From Candidatus Culexmicrobium cathedralense (GTDB lineage: Archaea > Thermoproteota > Methanomethylicia > Culexarchaeales > Culexmicrobiaceae): DNA of 64,000 nucleotides. Of the stretch, positions 48,675-60,081 are shown piece by piece. The stretch covers positions 320,001-384,000 of the forward strand of contig JANZKC010000002.1 of NCBI GenBank assembly GCA_025061115.1, written 5' to 3'. The number at the start of each line of letters is the position of its first letter. The first letter of the stretch is position 1. The notes beneath the pieces were generated by a model. It did not search any database, had not been told where the DNA came from, and saw only the letters and a list, made by a program, of their open reading frames with translations. Both the position numbers and the translations under genes were made by a program.

Positions 48675-49407
48675 CGCTAACCTCCTCCTGAACTGCTCCA
48701 AACTTCCTCCTCAAAGCCTCCTTTTGAAACTCATAAATCTTCTCACAAGCCAAAATAGCCATTTTAAATGCCTTCTCAAACTCCTCTCTAGTCAATATCC
48801 CATCCATTTGCAGAAGCGTAACCACTCCTTTACTCGGCATGTATGCTACTGGCATGTCAACTTCACCATACTTATCCTCAGCATCGCACAGATCAACAAC
48901 TAGCTGCCCATCAACTTTTCCAGCAGCACAAGCTACAACCAGATCCCTCATGGGAATCCCAGCATCAGCTAAAGCTACTGACGCAGCAGTAACGGCTGCG
49001 CATCTAGTACCTCCATCAGCTTCAAGCACTTCAACGAAAACGTCAATTGCAGTTCGTGGAAAGCGATCAAGCAAAATTGCTGGCTCCAATGCTTCTCTAA
49101 TCACTTTGGAAAGCTCTATCTCTCGTCTTGAAGGAGCCGGAGACTTCCTCTCCTCAACTGAGAAGGGAGCCATATGATACCTGCATCGAAGAAGAGCTCT
49201 ATCCGGTAGAGCCAAATGCTTAGGATGAAGTTCTCTCGGCCCATAAACTGCGACAAGCAACTTATTCTTTCCCTGCTCAATATAAGCTGATCCATTAGCG
49301 TTAGCTAAAACGCCAACTTCAATCTTTATAGGTCTAAGCTCATCAGGCTTTCTACCATCAACTCTCAATCCGCGTTCATCAATAAGCACAGGCTTTCCCC
49401 CACTCAT
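48664..49407 (-). CDS. rrp41: Exosome exonuclease Rrp41
   Basis: [33 protein letters not shown]. Confidence 0.96.
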   Translation of the reverse strand: MSGGKPVLIDERGLRVDGRKPDELRPIKIEVGVLANANGSAYIEQGKNKLLVAVYGPRELHPKHLALPDRALLRCRYHMAPFSVEERKSPAPSRREIELSKVIREALEPAILLDRFPRTAIDVFVEVLEADGGTRCAAVTAASVALADAGIPMRDLVVACAAGKVDGQLVVDLCDAEDKYGEVDMPVAYMPSKGVVTLLQMDGILTREEFEKAFKMAILACEKIYEFQKEALRRKFGAVQEEVSGDK

Positions 49408-49481
49408 ACTACACATCAACCCCAATGCAATTAATTAGCAGGCTAAACCAATTAGTTACATCAACAATATAAGTTAAGCGC

Positions 49482-50183
49482 TCAACCTCCATCAACTCTG
49501 CCCTTCTCCTCTTTTATCATCTTACGAACCCTCTCAGTTAAACCCGGAACCTGAGCTTCCATCTCAATCTTCCTAATCACCTTAATTGCAATATCCTCGT
49601 ACTTAGCATTCTTAGCTGAAACCCACACCCTACCATTCTGCCCAACAATTATTTGGCAGCCCAGCTCCTTCTTAATCATGTTGATCATCGAACCTCTCCT
49701 TCCAATTAGCCTCGGAACTTTCGTTGGAGAAATTTCAAGCAGCCGCCCACCCGATAACTTCCCATACCCCTTTCCCTTAGTTGTCAGCATGGGATTCCTA
49801 GTTTTATCGAAAACTATAACTTCGCCTACAATCACATCGCCAACATCGTAGTACTTTCTAATGTTTTCCTTAGCTGGATCTATGGGTTTGGGGAGAGCGT
49901 CTATCACTTGAAGAGTGGCTAAGTAAGGCGAGTTTATGTCGACTTGCCAGCTGGTCGGCGTGTAGTCGTATATTACTCCAATTACGACGTCACCCACCTT
50001 AGGCATATAGCAGCCCTTCAATGCAATTACACTAACAACTTTATTCTTAATTTCAGCAAGCCCTACAACAGAGGAGTATATCTTCTCGCCATCCTTATAC
50101 GTATTTGGACCAGCTTCAAATTTACCCTCAGCCAGCAATTCTCCCGGAAGTACAAGCTTCCTCCTATCCACATAAATTGCCAA
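49482..50183 (-). CDS. rrp4: Exosome RNA-binding cap Rrp4
   Basis: YMPKVGD S1 domain, KVPRLIG..GSMI KH domain, VGQNG. Confidence 0.95.
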   Translation of the reverse strand: MAIYVDRRKLVLPGELLAEGKFEAGPNTYKDGEKIYSSVVGLAEIKNKVVSVIALKGCYMPKVGDVVIGVIYDYTPTSWQVDINSPYLATLQVIDALPKPIDPAKENIRKYYDVGDVIVGEVIVFDKTRNPMLTTKGKGYGKLSGGRLLEISPTKVPRLIGRRGSMINMIKKELGCQIIVGQNGRVWVSAKNAKYEDIAIKVIRKIEMEAQVPGLTERVRKMIKEEKGRVDGG

Positions 50184-50184
50184 T

Positions 50185-50901
50185 TTACTTCCTCCCAACT
50201 TGACCTACTATTTCTACTTGAGCTTCACCCTTTGAAATTTCATTTACTTTAGATATAAATGAAGGCTGCAATCCCGCAGGCATTTCCACTTCACAGAGCC
50301 AACTTCCATCTGAAAGCCACTTTGACTGCTTAATCGAGCCGAAGCGAGAAACAACTCCATAAGCTCTACCAGCACATGTAGGTGGAAACTTGACTCTAAT
50401 GATGACATTTGCAATTTTCAGAGGAAGCACAACTCTCAAAGCCTTAATAACCGTCACAGCCTGCTCCTCGGCGTCTTTAAATGGGTCTATTGGAACTCCA
50501 ACCTCCTCCATGGCTAACTCAATTCTCTTTGGAGGGTGAGGAAGCCCAGTTCTCGGGTCAATGCAATTTCTAGAAATAATGCTAATTATCTGCCTCTTCT
50601 TCGCCTCAATAAGCTCACGCCTCTGCTCAGCAGTAAGCTGAAGCTCGCCCTTCTTTATGATCACCTCAGCAATCTTGTAGATGTCATCAGTTCCGAAAAC
50701 CTTTAAAATAGAAGCCTCCGAAGCCTTCAGACCCTTGCGGGCATCCTTATAAACTATTTCGCTTACCAGCACATCTCTTAAGTCAACATCCCCGCCTGAC
50801 TTAAACTTCCAAGCCAAATCAGGATCAACTAATATCTCAAACCGCTCTCCTTTGAAAGAATATCTTGCAATTACTGCCTTTTGCCCACTCACCCGCATCA
50901 C
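50185..50901 (-). CDS. Ribosome maturation factor SBDS/Sdo1
   Basis: [29 protein letters not shown]. Confidence 0.95.
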   Translation of the reverse strand: MMRVSGQKAVIARYSFKGERFEILVDPDLAWKFKSGGDVDLRDVLVSEIVYKDARKGLKASEASILKVFGTDDIYKIAEVIIKKGELQLTAEQRRELIEAKKRQIISIISRNCIDPRTGLPHPPKRIELAMEEVGVPIDPFKDAEEQAVTVIKALRVVLPLKIANVIIRVKFPPTCAGRAYGVVSRFGSIKQSKWLSDGSWLCEVEMPAGLQPSFISKVNEISKGEAQVEIVGQVGRK

Positions 50902-50918
50902 CCATTTAAGAGCAAAAA

Positions 50919-51644
50919 CTACTTGGAAGTTGCCTTGCTAATCCACTCAGCGATCTCCTCTCGAGACAGCTTCCTAAACTTCTTTTCCTTTACGTTAGCA
51001 ATACCAATTTCAAGCTTTTCAGGCTCAAGAGAGCCCTCAACAACAGGCATGAGGGCCTTTACAGCTAGCAGGATAGCTTCATCTAAAGTTAGTTCCAGCC
51101 TGTAGTTCTTCTCAAAGAAGTCGGTTACGGGCTGACTTCCAGCCCCAATAGCCCTAGCCAAGCAGCCTGCATAGGCCCCGCTAGGTTCAATTATGAAAAG
51201 CTTCGGCCCATTCTCATCCACGCCAGCAATCAACAGTGAAACGCCAAAGGGCCTCACTCCGGCATGCTGAGTATAAAGTTGCATTACATCACTAATTCTC
51301 CTCGTTAGAATCTCAACATCAATTGGCTCATCATAAAGCAACCGATTAATTTGAGCTTGAGTTCTAGCTCGATCAATTAAAACTCTAGCATCTGAGGGAA
51401 AACCAGCATAAGTAACTCCAATATGCTCATCAACCTTGAAAATCTTCTCAATAGAGTAGAGATCAATTAATGGAAATAGCTTCCTCTTCTCAGCTACAAG
51501 CACAACTCCCTCAGGACACTTAATGCCTAAAGTTGTAAAACCCTTCCTTACAGCCTCCATAGCATACTCAACCTGAAAGAGACGGCCATCAGGAGAAAAT
51601 ATGGTTATTGCCCTATCATATCCCATTCCAGGCGGTGTAAACAT
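50919..51644 (-). CDS. psmA: Proteasome alpha subunit
   Basis: [29 protein letters not shown]. Confidence 0.97.
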   Translation of the reverse strand: MFTPPGMGYDRAITIFSPDGRLFQVEYAMEAVRKGFTTLGIKCPEGVVLVAEKRKLFPLIDLYSIEKIFKVDEHIGVTYAGFPSDARVLIDRARTQAQINRLLYDEPIDVEILTRRISDVMQLYTQHAGVRPFGVSLLIAGVDENGPKLFIIEPSGAYAGCLARAIGAGSQPVTDFFEKNYRLELTLDEAILLAVKALMPVVEGSLEPEKLEIGIANVKEKKFRKLSREEIAEWISKATSK

Positions 51645-51990
51645 TTAATTCACCTCCAGCACTAACTATCCTCCGCTTTTAAATCTAGTTACACTGAAAA
51701 TCTTTAAAGCAATAAGTTTTACGGCAAAGCCAAGCAAGGCCGGTCACGAATAAGAATTATTGGCGCAGCACCTTAAACCCATGATCTAATCAAAAGCAAT
51801 GACATTAGCTTCCGACTCATCATCGCTCCATTTAAAAACTAAATGAAATCCTGCCAAAATTTAAGGCCAGCCTTCGCATCATCATGCACAGCTCATGAAC
51901 ACTCTAAAATACTGGAAAAACCACTATAACATGTAGCTGCCAAGCACATAACCACAATAAGATGGGCAGGCAACTCGAATTGCAAATCAG

Positions 51991-52512
51991 GTGAATAATA
52001 TGCGAGAAATGCTAATTCCATACCCCTACACCAAAAAGGGATTATATATACGCATAGCGGAGGTCATCCTATCGACAGCAGTATCCTTCTACCTTCTATT
52101 CAATACCATTCTAATAGAATTCATAATAAGCTTCCTAATGACGTTCCCAATTTCCTACATCATTCTATCAACATTCAACATTTTAAAGACCAAGAAAATA
52201 TCTGATAAATTAAATGATAAGCAAAAATATATAAAATCTAAGCATAAAGGTGAAACATACTACAAATTTCTTGTAAAAATAATTTTGATAACCATAGCGC
52301 CATTCATAATAATTATGATAAGCCCAATAATAGGCTTAGGCACAATACTTGGCTTTATATGCGCCCACGGATTTTCCGAAATAACGCACTACGCATACGT
52401 TAAAAATGTTGAAAGAAGACTTGGAGGCAGACTTTACCACTTTATATCAATAACCAGCATCAATGGATACTATTACACTGGATTTAAGGTTGTGAAACAT
52501 TTAGAAGAGTAG
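51991..52512 (+). CDS. Hypothetical membrane protein
   Basis: About 4 hydrophobic segments; AT-rich. Confidence 0.65.
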   Translation: MNNMREMLIPYPYTKKGLYIRIAEVILSTAVSFYLLFNTILIEFIISFLMTFPISYIILSTFNILKTKKISDKLNDKQKYIKSKHKGETYYKFLVKIILITIAPFIIIMISPIIGLGTILGFICAHGFSEITHYAYVKNVERRLGGRLYHFISITSINGYYYTGFKVVKHLEE

Positions 52513-53356
52513 TATGCTGAAAAGTTACGGGAGTATTACCAAACCTAGTTTTAACATAAACCTCAAAAACTAGAGATGCCTTCACCACTCCATTAACAAC
52601 ATTTCTCTTCAGCTTGAAAATGGGCACCTCAATCATTACAGTTCTACGCAAAGTCTCCAAGGGCCTTGAAACAAGCGGCGAGCCGTAAAAGTTCTCGCTA
52701 TAAACTCTGGCAACCTCGCCGCCAAAATAAACTTTATAAACAATCATCGAAAACTCGATGGCCCTAGCTCCCCTATTCACAACGCTATACGTAAGATTAA
52801 GGAAAGCCCTATCCACCTCAACATTAATCTGAATGTCTTCCACGTCTATCTCCAAAAGCTTGATGGAGTAGACCTCAAGGCTATAGTCGATGTAATTATT
52901 AATTAGTAAAGCGAATAACAGTAAGGTGAAAATAAAGTACCCAACCTTAAAGTACTTTGAACCATCAATTATAGTTGAAAGGTAAATTCCAATTGGGATG
53001 AAAATTAATGATAGGGGTGTAACTACCATCAAGATGTACATCAAAGCATTTCTGGATGAATAAATTGTAACTAGCTCTGCAGCCAAGCTACCAATGTTCA
53101 TTTGAATTGGTAACCTCACCAATACAACGGTCAAAATAACGCTTAAAACTGCAGAGGCCATATAGCCAAGAAAAGCTAACTTCAAGTCCTCAACCATATA
53201 GCCATAAATTAAGGAGAGAACGCTGAAAACCGAAGCATAAAACAGTGATTGCACATCTATTCTACCAACAAAAATGTAATTGAATAAGATGTAGGAAAGT
53301 GATAGCGAATATAGCAAGTTAATTAAAATTGTGAAGAAGCGCCCTTTCCAAGTCAT
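52484..53356 (-). CDS. Membrane protein with C-terminal beta-rich (LEA-2-like) domain
   Basis: About 5 TM segments then V.NRG...I.Y.VY beta-sandwich-like region; 2 bp after dppC. Confidence 0.65.
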   Translation of the reverse strand: MTWKGRFFTILINLLYSLSLSYILFNYIFVGRIDVQSLFYASVFSVLSLIYGYMVEDLKLAFLGYMASAVLSVILTVVLVRLPIQMNIGSLAAELVTIYSSRNALMYILMVVTPLSLIFIPIGIYLSTIIDGSKYFKVGYFIFTLLLFALLINNYIDYSLEVYSIKLLEIDVEDIQINVEVDRAFLNLTYSVVNRGARAIEFSMIVYKVYFGGEVARVYSENFYGSPLVSRPLETLRRTVMIEVPIFKLKRNVVNGVVKASLVFEVYVKTRFGNTPVTFQHTTLLNVSQP

Positions 53357-53358
53357 TC

Positions 53359-54795
53359 TTAACGCCTAACCCTCAGCCTTGGATTTAGAATCTCATCCAA
53401 TGCATGCCCTAACAGTACGAAGGCAAGTGCAAGAAACGTTATCGCCAAACCTGGAGGAATGATCCACCACCACATAAATCTGAAGAAAGCCCCAGCATAC
53501 CTAGCGTTGTAGAGCATTCTACCCCACGACGGAACTGACGGATCTCCAAGATTTAAAAAGCTTAAAGTAGCTTCAAGAAGTATTGCTCCAGGAACCCTCA
53601 TGACCAAGTTTATGTATATAATTGGAGTCAGCTGGGGCATGATGTGCCTGAATATTATGTACATGTCAGGAGCACCAATAGCTTTAGCGGACTCAACATA
53701 CATGCTATCCCTAATGGACATGACATAGGCACGCGTATTCCTAGCGAAGCCCATCCAGCTGAACAAAGCTATGAGAGCTATTTCCAAGTACAAGCTTTTA
53801 CCAATAAAAACGCTAACAGCAATTATGAGGGGAAGTATAGGCGTGAAAAGTAACGTATCTGTGAAGTACATTAAAATTTGATCAACAATGCCGCCCTTAT
53901 ATCCAGCTATTATTCCAACGATGAGGCCAATTGAAACAGATATGACAGACGCCAAAACTCCAACAAGTAGGGATACGCGAGTTCCATAAACCAAGTTTGA
54001 GAACAAGTCCGACCCAAGATTATCGGTTCCAAGAAATCCATAGAGTTTACCGTAAATCCTAAATTCCTTAGCTCCAAACTTAACTTCAACCCAGCCATCT
54101 CCTTCAACTGCATATATTGACGCTGTAAGCCTTAGCTTGTAGGTACCCTGCTGATCGAATATCTTCTCGCCAATATAATCGTGCGGAGAAAAGCCAAGTT
54201 TAAGCTTAAGAGAAATGTCACGTGCATCATAAGTCGCAGGCGTCTCAAGACGAGTTAAATTATACGCTATTGGCATGCTGTCATAAACTTCATACACCCT
54301 ACCTTTAGGAGTGATTATGAAGCACTTTATTCTAACGTAGCTTCCAAGGGCATCATATATCGTGACTTTAAACGGGATTTTACCACTAAATCTCTTCGGC
54401 GGATCATAAGTATAGTTAAAACTGTACTCAAACACGACATTATTAATAGAGGAACCGTTGCTACAATGAGCAGTTAAGACCATGACTCCACCATCATCCT
54501 TTAATGAGACGCCTTCACTCAATTGCTTAACGTTCCAGTCGTCAAAATCCAAGTTAAGAATAGTGTTTCTAGGCAAATTTCTATACTCCGAGAAAAAGGA
54601 AAACCACTCCGGAAAAGCATAGCTATCAGCCAATCCAGTTTCGTTGGGATCAATGGGTGCAAATAATGGAGCGAAAACGGCGACTATGACATATAGCATC
54701 AATATGCTAAGACCAAGTAAACCAGTTTTATGTAATCTAAGCTCCATTATGAAAGCTTTAATCGCTCCTAATTTACTTGATTGAAGCGAGGTCAT
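53359..54795 (-). CDS. dppC: Oligopeptide ABC permease (DppC) with large extracellular insertion
   Basis: LGTDNLG.D, GTRVSL, YVESAKAIGA, LSFL.LGDP, SWG.ML, NPRLR. Confidence 0.92.
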   Translation of the reverse strand: MTSLQSSKLGAIKAFIMELRLHKTGLLGLSILMLYVIVAVFAPLFAPIDPNETGLADSYAFPEWFSFFSEYRNLPRNTILNLDFDDWNVKQLSEGVSLKDDGGVMVLTAHCSNGSSINNVVFEYSFNYTYDPPKRFSGKIPFKVTIYDALGSYVRIKCFIITPKGRVYEVYDSMPIAYNLTRLETPATYDARDISLKLKLGFSPHDYIGEKIFDQQGTYKLRLTASIYAVEGDGWVEVKFGAKEFRIYGKLYGFLGTDNLGSDLFSNLVYGTRVSLLVGVLASVISVSIGLIVGIIAGYKGGIVDQILMYFTDTLLFTPILPLIIAVSVFIGKSLYLEIALIALFSWMGFARNTRAYVMSIRDSMYVESAKAIGAPDMYIIFRHIMPQLTPIIYINLVMRVPGAILLEATLSFLNLGDPSVPSWGRMLYNARYAGAFFRFMWWWIIPPGLAITFLALAFVLLGHALDEILNPRLRVRR

Positions 54796-54799
54796 GATC

Positions 54800-55798
54800 C
54801 TACCTCAATCTCACCCTTGGATCAAGTAAAGCAATTACTAAATCAGCTATGTAAAGAGAAACGACGGTGAGGACTACTTGTATAAAGAGAACGGCCTGAA
54901 CCACTGGATAGTCGAACTGAGTTGCTGCAGAGAACAACCACCTACCAACGCCATACCATGAAAATACGGTTTCAATTATAACAGCTCCGGAAATTATGCC
55001 TGGAAACTCCAAAGCTAAAATGTTTATCACTGGCGCAAGCACATTTCTTAAGACATGCTTAAGCATAACTTCCCTTTCATTCAAACCCTTGGCTCTAGCA
55101 GTTAATACGTAATCCTCCCCAAGCTGCGTCAAAAATAAATTCCTAATAAATAACGCGAAGCCACCAACACTGCTGATAAGAAGAGTGGTTAAAGGTAGAG
55201 CCATATGCCATAAAAGATCAGCCACATATTTTACTGGATCTCTAGGAGGCGGCCTACTTATCGTGCCAGCTATCGGAAACCACCTCAAATAAAATCCAAA
55301 TACCAATAACATCAATAAGCCCACATAAAAAAGTGGAAAAGCACTTACGAATATGCTTGAACCTATAACTGAAGCGTCAAACCTGGTACCTCTCTTTGAA
55401 ACTGCAATTATCCCAATTATCAAGCCAAGAATTATCGTTAATACCGTTGAGGTCCCCAGAAGTAGAACGGTGTTAGGAAGCCTTTCCAACAGTTCAGCGA
55501 AAACAGGCCTTCTAGTGTAAAAGGAGAATCCCATCTGACCAGTAAATAAGGCCAAAACATACTTCACAAACTGTGAAGCAAGAGATTCATCCAAGCCAAA
55601 CTGCCGTCTAATAAGCTCCTTCTGAGCCTCGGTCAAGTTAGGGTTAAGGAAGAAGAAGGAAGGATCTATACCCAACACATAGTAAGGTAAAACTCTAAGC
55701 AGGAGGAATTGGAGAGTTAATGATGAAATTATAACTGCAGCTCTATCAATAGCCCTTTTACTCATGTACTTCAGCAAACCTTCGCCAGCCGCACCCAT
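54800..55798 (-). CDS. dppB: Oligopeptide ABC permease (DppB)
   Basis: FGLD, RLPNT, DYVLTARAKGL, IETVFSW.GVG, DYPV, DPRVR. Confidence 0.92.
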   Translation of the reverse strand: MGAAGEGLLKYMSKRAIDRAAVIISSLTLQFLLLRVLPYYVLGIDPSFFFLNPNLTEAQKELIRRQFGLDESLASQFVKYVLALFTGQMGFSFYTRRPVFAELLERLPNTVLLLGTSTVLTIILGLIIGIIAVSKRGTRFDASVIGSSIFVSAFPLFYVGLLMLLVFGFYLRWFPIAGTISRPPPRDPVKYVADLLWHMALPLTTLLISSVGGFALFIRNLFLTQLGEDYVLTARAKGLNEREVMLKHVLRNVLAPVINILALEFPGIISGAVIIETVFSWYGVGRWLFSAATQFDYPVVQAVLFIQVVLTVVSLYIADLVIALLDPRVRLR

Positions 55799-55869
55799 GT
55801 TGCCAACTCCAGTTAGCTAAGATTAATTCGAATAATAAATAGAAAAAAAGTTTCTTTTATCTTTTAATT

Positions 55870-57972
55870 CTAAGCCCTTCTCCTCAATAGGACTACTGCT
55901 ATTACAGCTACAATCACCACTGCGATGCCTGCACCTATATATGGCAGGTACCTCTGCCAGACTGGCAGCACTGTGACGGATACACCCACAGTTCTACTCA
56001 GCTCACCAAGGCTAATTTGCTGAACAGCCGAAACCCTGAGATCGAAATCTCCTTCAAGCCCGCCAGTATCTATTTCAGCAACATAAACTCCATCTCCAGC
56101 ATGCGTTGCAGTCACTGACTTGACAACTTCGCTGTCCCTTACAAGCTCGATCGTTACAGTAGCGTTAGTAACCGGATTTCCAAGATAATCAGTTAGCGTA
56201 AGCTCAACAGAAAGCTTATCTCCAGAATACAGCACTTCATCGTACTTACTTAGAGTCACTGTAAGCGATTTCTCTGGATGCCTCTTCCAATACTGAGTAT
56301 TCCACGTGAGCAGTATGTACTCGCCCAGATGCCTCTCCTTAAATATGAATGGTCCAGTTCCAACTAGACATGTTAAACCTGGAACAGTTGGGTGATCAAC
56401 TTTACTTGGATCCCAAGCTTCCCATCCGCCGTGTTCTTCCAGTAAGGTAGTATTACCCCATATGTGCATTGGAATTATTGGAACGTTGAAGTCATAGAAG
56501 TAAGCCCAGCTTGTACCATTAATGTACACGGCAATAGTATAATCATCGGTCACTTCAGTCTTAACCATGCTTTCAAAAGCCTTAGCGTACAATTGCGTCG
56601 GCTGCTTTTCCTTTATGAACCAGAAGGTAAAGTTGACGTCATGCGCCGTAAATGGCATGCCATCATGCCAAGTAACGTTCTTAGCGAGGTAGAAGGTTAT
56701 TTTTGTACCTTTGGAGCCATCAATATCAACTTCCTCTATAGTCCACTTCTCAGCTAGCCACGGATAGTCGGATGAAACCTCGTCTGGATTAGCTATAAAG
56801 AGGTTCTCATAAACCATGCCTAGAACTTGCCATTCATCTGCGGTTAGCGCAGTAAATGGATTAAGCACCCTTGGATCTGAGCCGAGAGCCTCTCTAAATC
56901 TACCTCCAAATGGCTTCTGAATTCTATGCATATCAAGCAATGTGAAGTAATGTTGACCGCCAACAGGCTGACTCAAAACTACTCCAGCAATATCAGTTCT
57001 AAAGCCCACGTTGGCACGACCCATGTAGATCGGAATGTAGGGCAATAGCTCTGAAACCTTCTCCTGAGCCTTCCATAGCCAGTACTGCGCTTCAGTTGTG
57101 TTTGCAGTATAGTAGAACTTCTCCAAGTATTCATCCACCTCTGGATCACTTATGCCCCAGAAGTTCCAAGAACCATCAGTTCTAAACAGCTCATAAGCTA
57201 ACGTTGGAATTCTGCCCCAAATTAAGTACAGAATGAATGACTTGAATGTTTTGGCATATATTTGAGATACAAGTGCCTGAAACTCAATAGCCTCAATTTC
57301 CAATGGGAGACCAATGCTCTTGGCATCATCAACTATATGCTTAACCTCATTGAAGAGCCATGGAGCCTGCTCAGCCGGCGGAACTTGAATATAGAATATT
57401 GGCAGCTCATTGCCGTTCGGATCATACCACTTATTCTCCGCTTCATCGTACGTGAAGCCAGCTTCAAGGAGCACCTGCTTAGCTAGCTCCTTGCTATATG
57501 GGTAGGTTTTAACATTTGGATTTGACCACGCTCCAAAGGCTGGCGGGATAGGCGACTCCGTCGGATACCCAAATCCCTGAAAGACTTCCCTGATAATCCA
57601 CTCTCTATCAATCAAGTGGGCAACAGCTTTACGAATAGCCGTATAATTCCAAGGATACTGCATAGTGTTTATTCCTAAAAGCTGCAAGTTGAACGTCTGA
57701 TATGATAATATGTAGATGTTAGGATCATCCTTAACCTCCTCAAGCCTTTCCGCCTCTATCCCAGCAGTATCGATCTCCCCAGCCTTAAAGGCCATGAGCT
57801 CGGCATCATAATCGGTTATAATCGTGTATAGGTATTCGTCAACTCTTGGGCCGTAAGGTTCCCATCGCCAATTCTCCTGTTCAGGAGGAACTTCACCAGC
57901 ATATATTGGCACGACGTGCACGAGCTGCATTAATAGAAGTAGCACCCCAATTCCCACAAGTATCTTCTTCAT
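55870..57972 (-). CDS. dppA: ABC peptide-binding protein (family 5), circularly permuted, with Ig-like domain and C-terminal anchor
   Basis: Sec-type signal peptide; IRKAVAH..DR precedes LNPF/PWLA/WHDG.PFTA.DV/GTGPF; C-terminal TM + RRRA. Confidence 0.9.
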   Translation of the reverse strand: MKKILVGIGVLLLLMQLVHVVPIYAGEVPPEQENWRWEPYGPRVDEYLYTIITDYDAELMAFKAGEIDTAGIEAERLEEVKDDPNIYILSYQTFNLQLLGINTMQYPWNYTAIRKAVAHLIDREWIIREVFQGFGYPTESPIPPAFGAWSNPNVKTYPYSKELAKQVLLEAGFTYDEAENKWYDPNGNELPIFYIQVPPAEQAPWLFNEVKHIVDDAKSIGLPLEIEAIEFQALVSQIYAKTFKSFILYLIWGRIPTLAYELFRTDGSWNFWGISDPEVDEYLEKFYYTANTTEAQYWLWKAQEKVSELLPYIPIYMGRANVGFRTDIAGVVLSQPVGGQHYFTLLDMHRIQKPFGGRFREALGSDPRVLNPFTALTADEWQVLGMVYENLFIANPDEVSSDYPWLAEKWTIEEVDIDGSKGTKITFYLAKNVTWHDGMPFTAHDVNFTFWFIKEKQPTQLYAKAFESMVKTEVTDDYTIAVYINGTSWAYFYDFNVPIIPMHIWGNTTLLEEHGGWEAWDPSKVDHPTVPGLTCLVGTGPFIFKERHLGEYILLTWNTQYWKRHPEKSLTVTLSKYDEVLYSGDKLSVELTLTDYLGNPVTNATVTIELVRDSEVVKSVTATHAGDGVYVAEIDTGGLEGDFDLRVSAVQQISLGELSRTVGVSVTVLPVWQRYLPYIGAGIAVVIVAVIAVVLLRRRA

Positions 57973-58121
57973 TTCAATTCACCTATTTGAAATTCAACGT
58001 TATGCTGTAACAATCTGGGAAGCCACATACTTATATATTTTTACATTTCCTATAAATAAATTTCAATTTTTAAATTTTAAAATAAAACTTTTATTATAGA
58101 AATCATTTAAAGATTTTAATG

Positions 58122-59114
58122 TTATTTGTATAGGTGGCAAGCGACGAAATGACCTTTTGAAACTTCAATTAACTCGGGCTCAGTCCTCTTGCACACGCTT
58201 TTAGCATATACGCATCTAGGATGAAATCTGCAGCCCTCAGGTATATTTATTGGAGAAGTAACTTCCCCCTTAATTGGGATCTCCCCTATTTTCACTCGTG
58301 GGTCTGGCGTAGGAATTGCGGATATCAAAGCTTTAGTATATGGATGATACGGATTATCAATGACCTCCTCAGCCAGGCCGAGCTCGAATATTTTACCTAA
58401 GTACATTATGCCTATTCTGTCGCAAATATACTTTGCAACTGCTAGATCATGAGTTATGAAAAGATATGTTAATCTGTGCTCATCCCTGAGCTTAAGCATT
58501 AAGTTAAGTATTTCAGCTCTAATGGACATGTCCAGCATCGAGACAGGCTCGTCCGCAACTATGAACTCTGGATTAAGAATTAATGCCCTTGCAATGGCAA
58601 CTCTCTGACGCTGCCCGCCACTTAACTCGTGCGGTCTTCTATATAGGAATTCCTCAGGCGGCTTAAGCTCAACATCCTCAAGAGCCCTCATGACCAGTTC
58701 AACTCGCTCGCCTTTACTTCCAACCTTATGAATCCTTAAAGGCTCCTCGACTATATCGTAAACAGTCATTCTGGGGTTGAGAGATTCGTAAGGGTCTTGA
58801 AATATTATTTGAGCCTTCTTCCTGAACTCCTTAAGCTTCAAGCCATCATATTCAAGTACATTCTCGCCTTTGAAGAGCACTTTTCCAGATGTTGGCTCAA
58901 CCAACCTAAGAATAGCCCTCCCAGTAGTTGTTTTGCCGCAGCCAGACTCTCCAGCTAGACAAAAAATTTCCTTCTCATATATGGTGAAAGTAACACCATC
59001 AACGGCCCTTACATATAACTTTGGTCTTCTCCTAATAAGGTCAAGTATGCCGGTTCTCACGGGAAAGTACTTCTTCAAATTAACTGCTTCAACTACAGGC
59101 CTACTTGAAGTCAA
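58122..59114 (-). CDS. dppF: Oligopeptide ABC ATPase
   Basis: GESGCGKTT, LSGGQRQR, DEPVS, HPYT, GCRFHPRC, VACH. Confidence 0.93.
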   Translation of the reverse strand: MTSSRPVVEAVNLKKYFPVRTGILDLIRRRPKLYVRAVDGVTFTIYEKEIFCLAGESGCGKTTTGRAILRLVEPTSGKVLFKGENVLEYDGLKLKEFRKKAQIIFQDPYESLNPRMTVYDIVEEPLRIHKVGSKGERVELVMRALEDVELKPPEEFLYRRPHELSGGQRQRVAIARALILNPEFIVADEPVSMLDMSIRAEILNLMLKLRDEHRLTYLFITHDLAVAKYICDRIGIMYLGKIFELGLAEEVIDNPYHPYTKALISAIPTPDPRVKIGEIPIKGEVTSPINIPEGCRFHPRCVYAKSVCKRTEPELIEVSKGHFVACHLYK

Positions 59115-60081
59115 TTCCTCTCAACTCCTCAAATCTATGACACTTAACCAAATGATGGGGAGAAGCTTCAACCAGCTCAGGCTCCTTCTCAATACACAGA
59201 TCAATTTTAAATGGACATCTCGGATGAAATCTACAGCCACTTGGAGGATTAAGCAGGTTTGGCGGAGCGCCGGGTATTGACTTGAGCTTCCTCCTCTTCT
59301 CCCTAATACTTGGAACGGATGATAGAAGCGCCTTGGTATATGGGTGAAGTGAATTAGTATAAACATCAACTATGTCACCAAACTCGACTATCTGCCCAGC
59401 ATACATTATTGCAATTTTATCGCTCAATTCACTAACCATAGATATGTCATGAGAGATCAATATAACTGATAACTTCAACTTTCTTTGAATATCCTTTATT
59501 AGCTTGAGTATCTGAGCTTGAACAATAACATCCAAAGCAGTTGTAGGCTCATCTGCAATCAATATTTCAGGGTTTAAGGCTAAGGCCATAGCAATCATGG
59601 CTCTTTGACGCATGCCGCCGCTAAACTCAAAGGGATAACCGTTAGCTCTAGAGGGGTCAATACCCACCATTTCAAGGAGCTCTACAACCCTTCTCATAGC
59701 TTCCCTCTTACTTACCTTCTTGTGAATCATAATTGCCTCAGCAATTTGATCACCAACTTTTATCACCGGATTTAAAGCGTTCATTGCTCCTTGAAAGACG
59801 ATGGATATGCGCTTCCACCTCACATCTCTTCTAAATCTTTCAAGATCCATGCTTAGAATGTCCTCACCATCAAGAAGAATCTTCCCCTCACAAATTTTCC
59901 CATTAATTGGCAAAAGCCTCAAAATTGTGATGGCCAGGCTGCTCTTCCCACATCCAGATTCACCAACTATACCGAGCGTCTCCCCCTTATCCATCGAGAA
60001 TGAAACACCATCAACTGCGTGAACAAAGCCCTTTCCAAGCAGTTCATAATACATTTTCAGATTCTCAACTTCCAATAGCAC
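59101..60081 (-). CDS. dppD: Oligopeptide ABC ATPase
   Basis: GESGCGKS, FSGGMRQR, DEPTTALD, HPYT, GCRFHPRC. Confidence 0.93.
   Translation of the reverse strand: MLLEVENLKMYYELLGKGFVHAVDGVSFSMDKGETLGIVGESGCGKSSLAITILRLLPINGKICEGKILLDGEDILSMDLERFRRDVRWKRISIVFQGAMNALNPVIKVGDQIAEAIMIHKKVSKREAMRRVVELLEMVGIDPSRANGYPFEFSGGMRQRAMIAMALALNPEILIADEPTTALDVIVQAQILKLIKDIQRKLKLSVILISHDISMVSELSDKIAIMYAGQIVEFGDIVDVYTNSLHPYTKALLSSVPSIREKRRKLKSIPGAPPNLLNPPSGCRFHPRCPFKIDLCIEKEPELVEASPHHLVKCHRFEELRGIDFK

Noticed and set aside
51666-51737. 23-aa minus-strand ORF ending in Gly-Gly just upstream of psmA (ubiquitin-like?)
   Set aside because: Far too short for a beta-grasp fold, TTG start without SD, and it overlaps the probable psmA promoter
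51780-51900. Two ATGATGA box-C-like words on the minus strand
   Set aside because: No properly spaced CTGA D boxes or terminal stem
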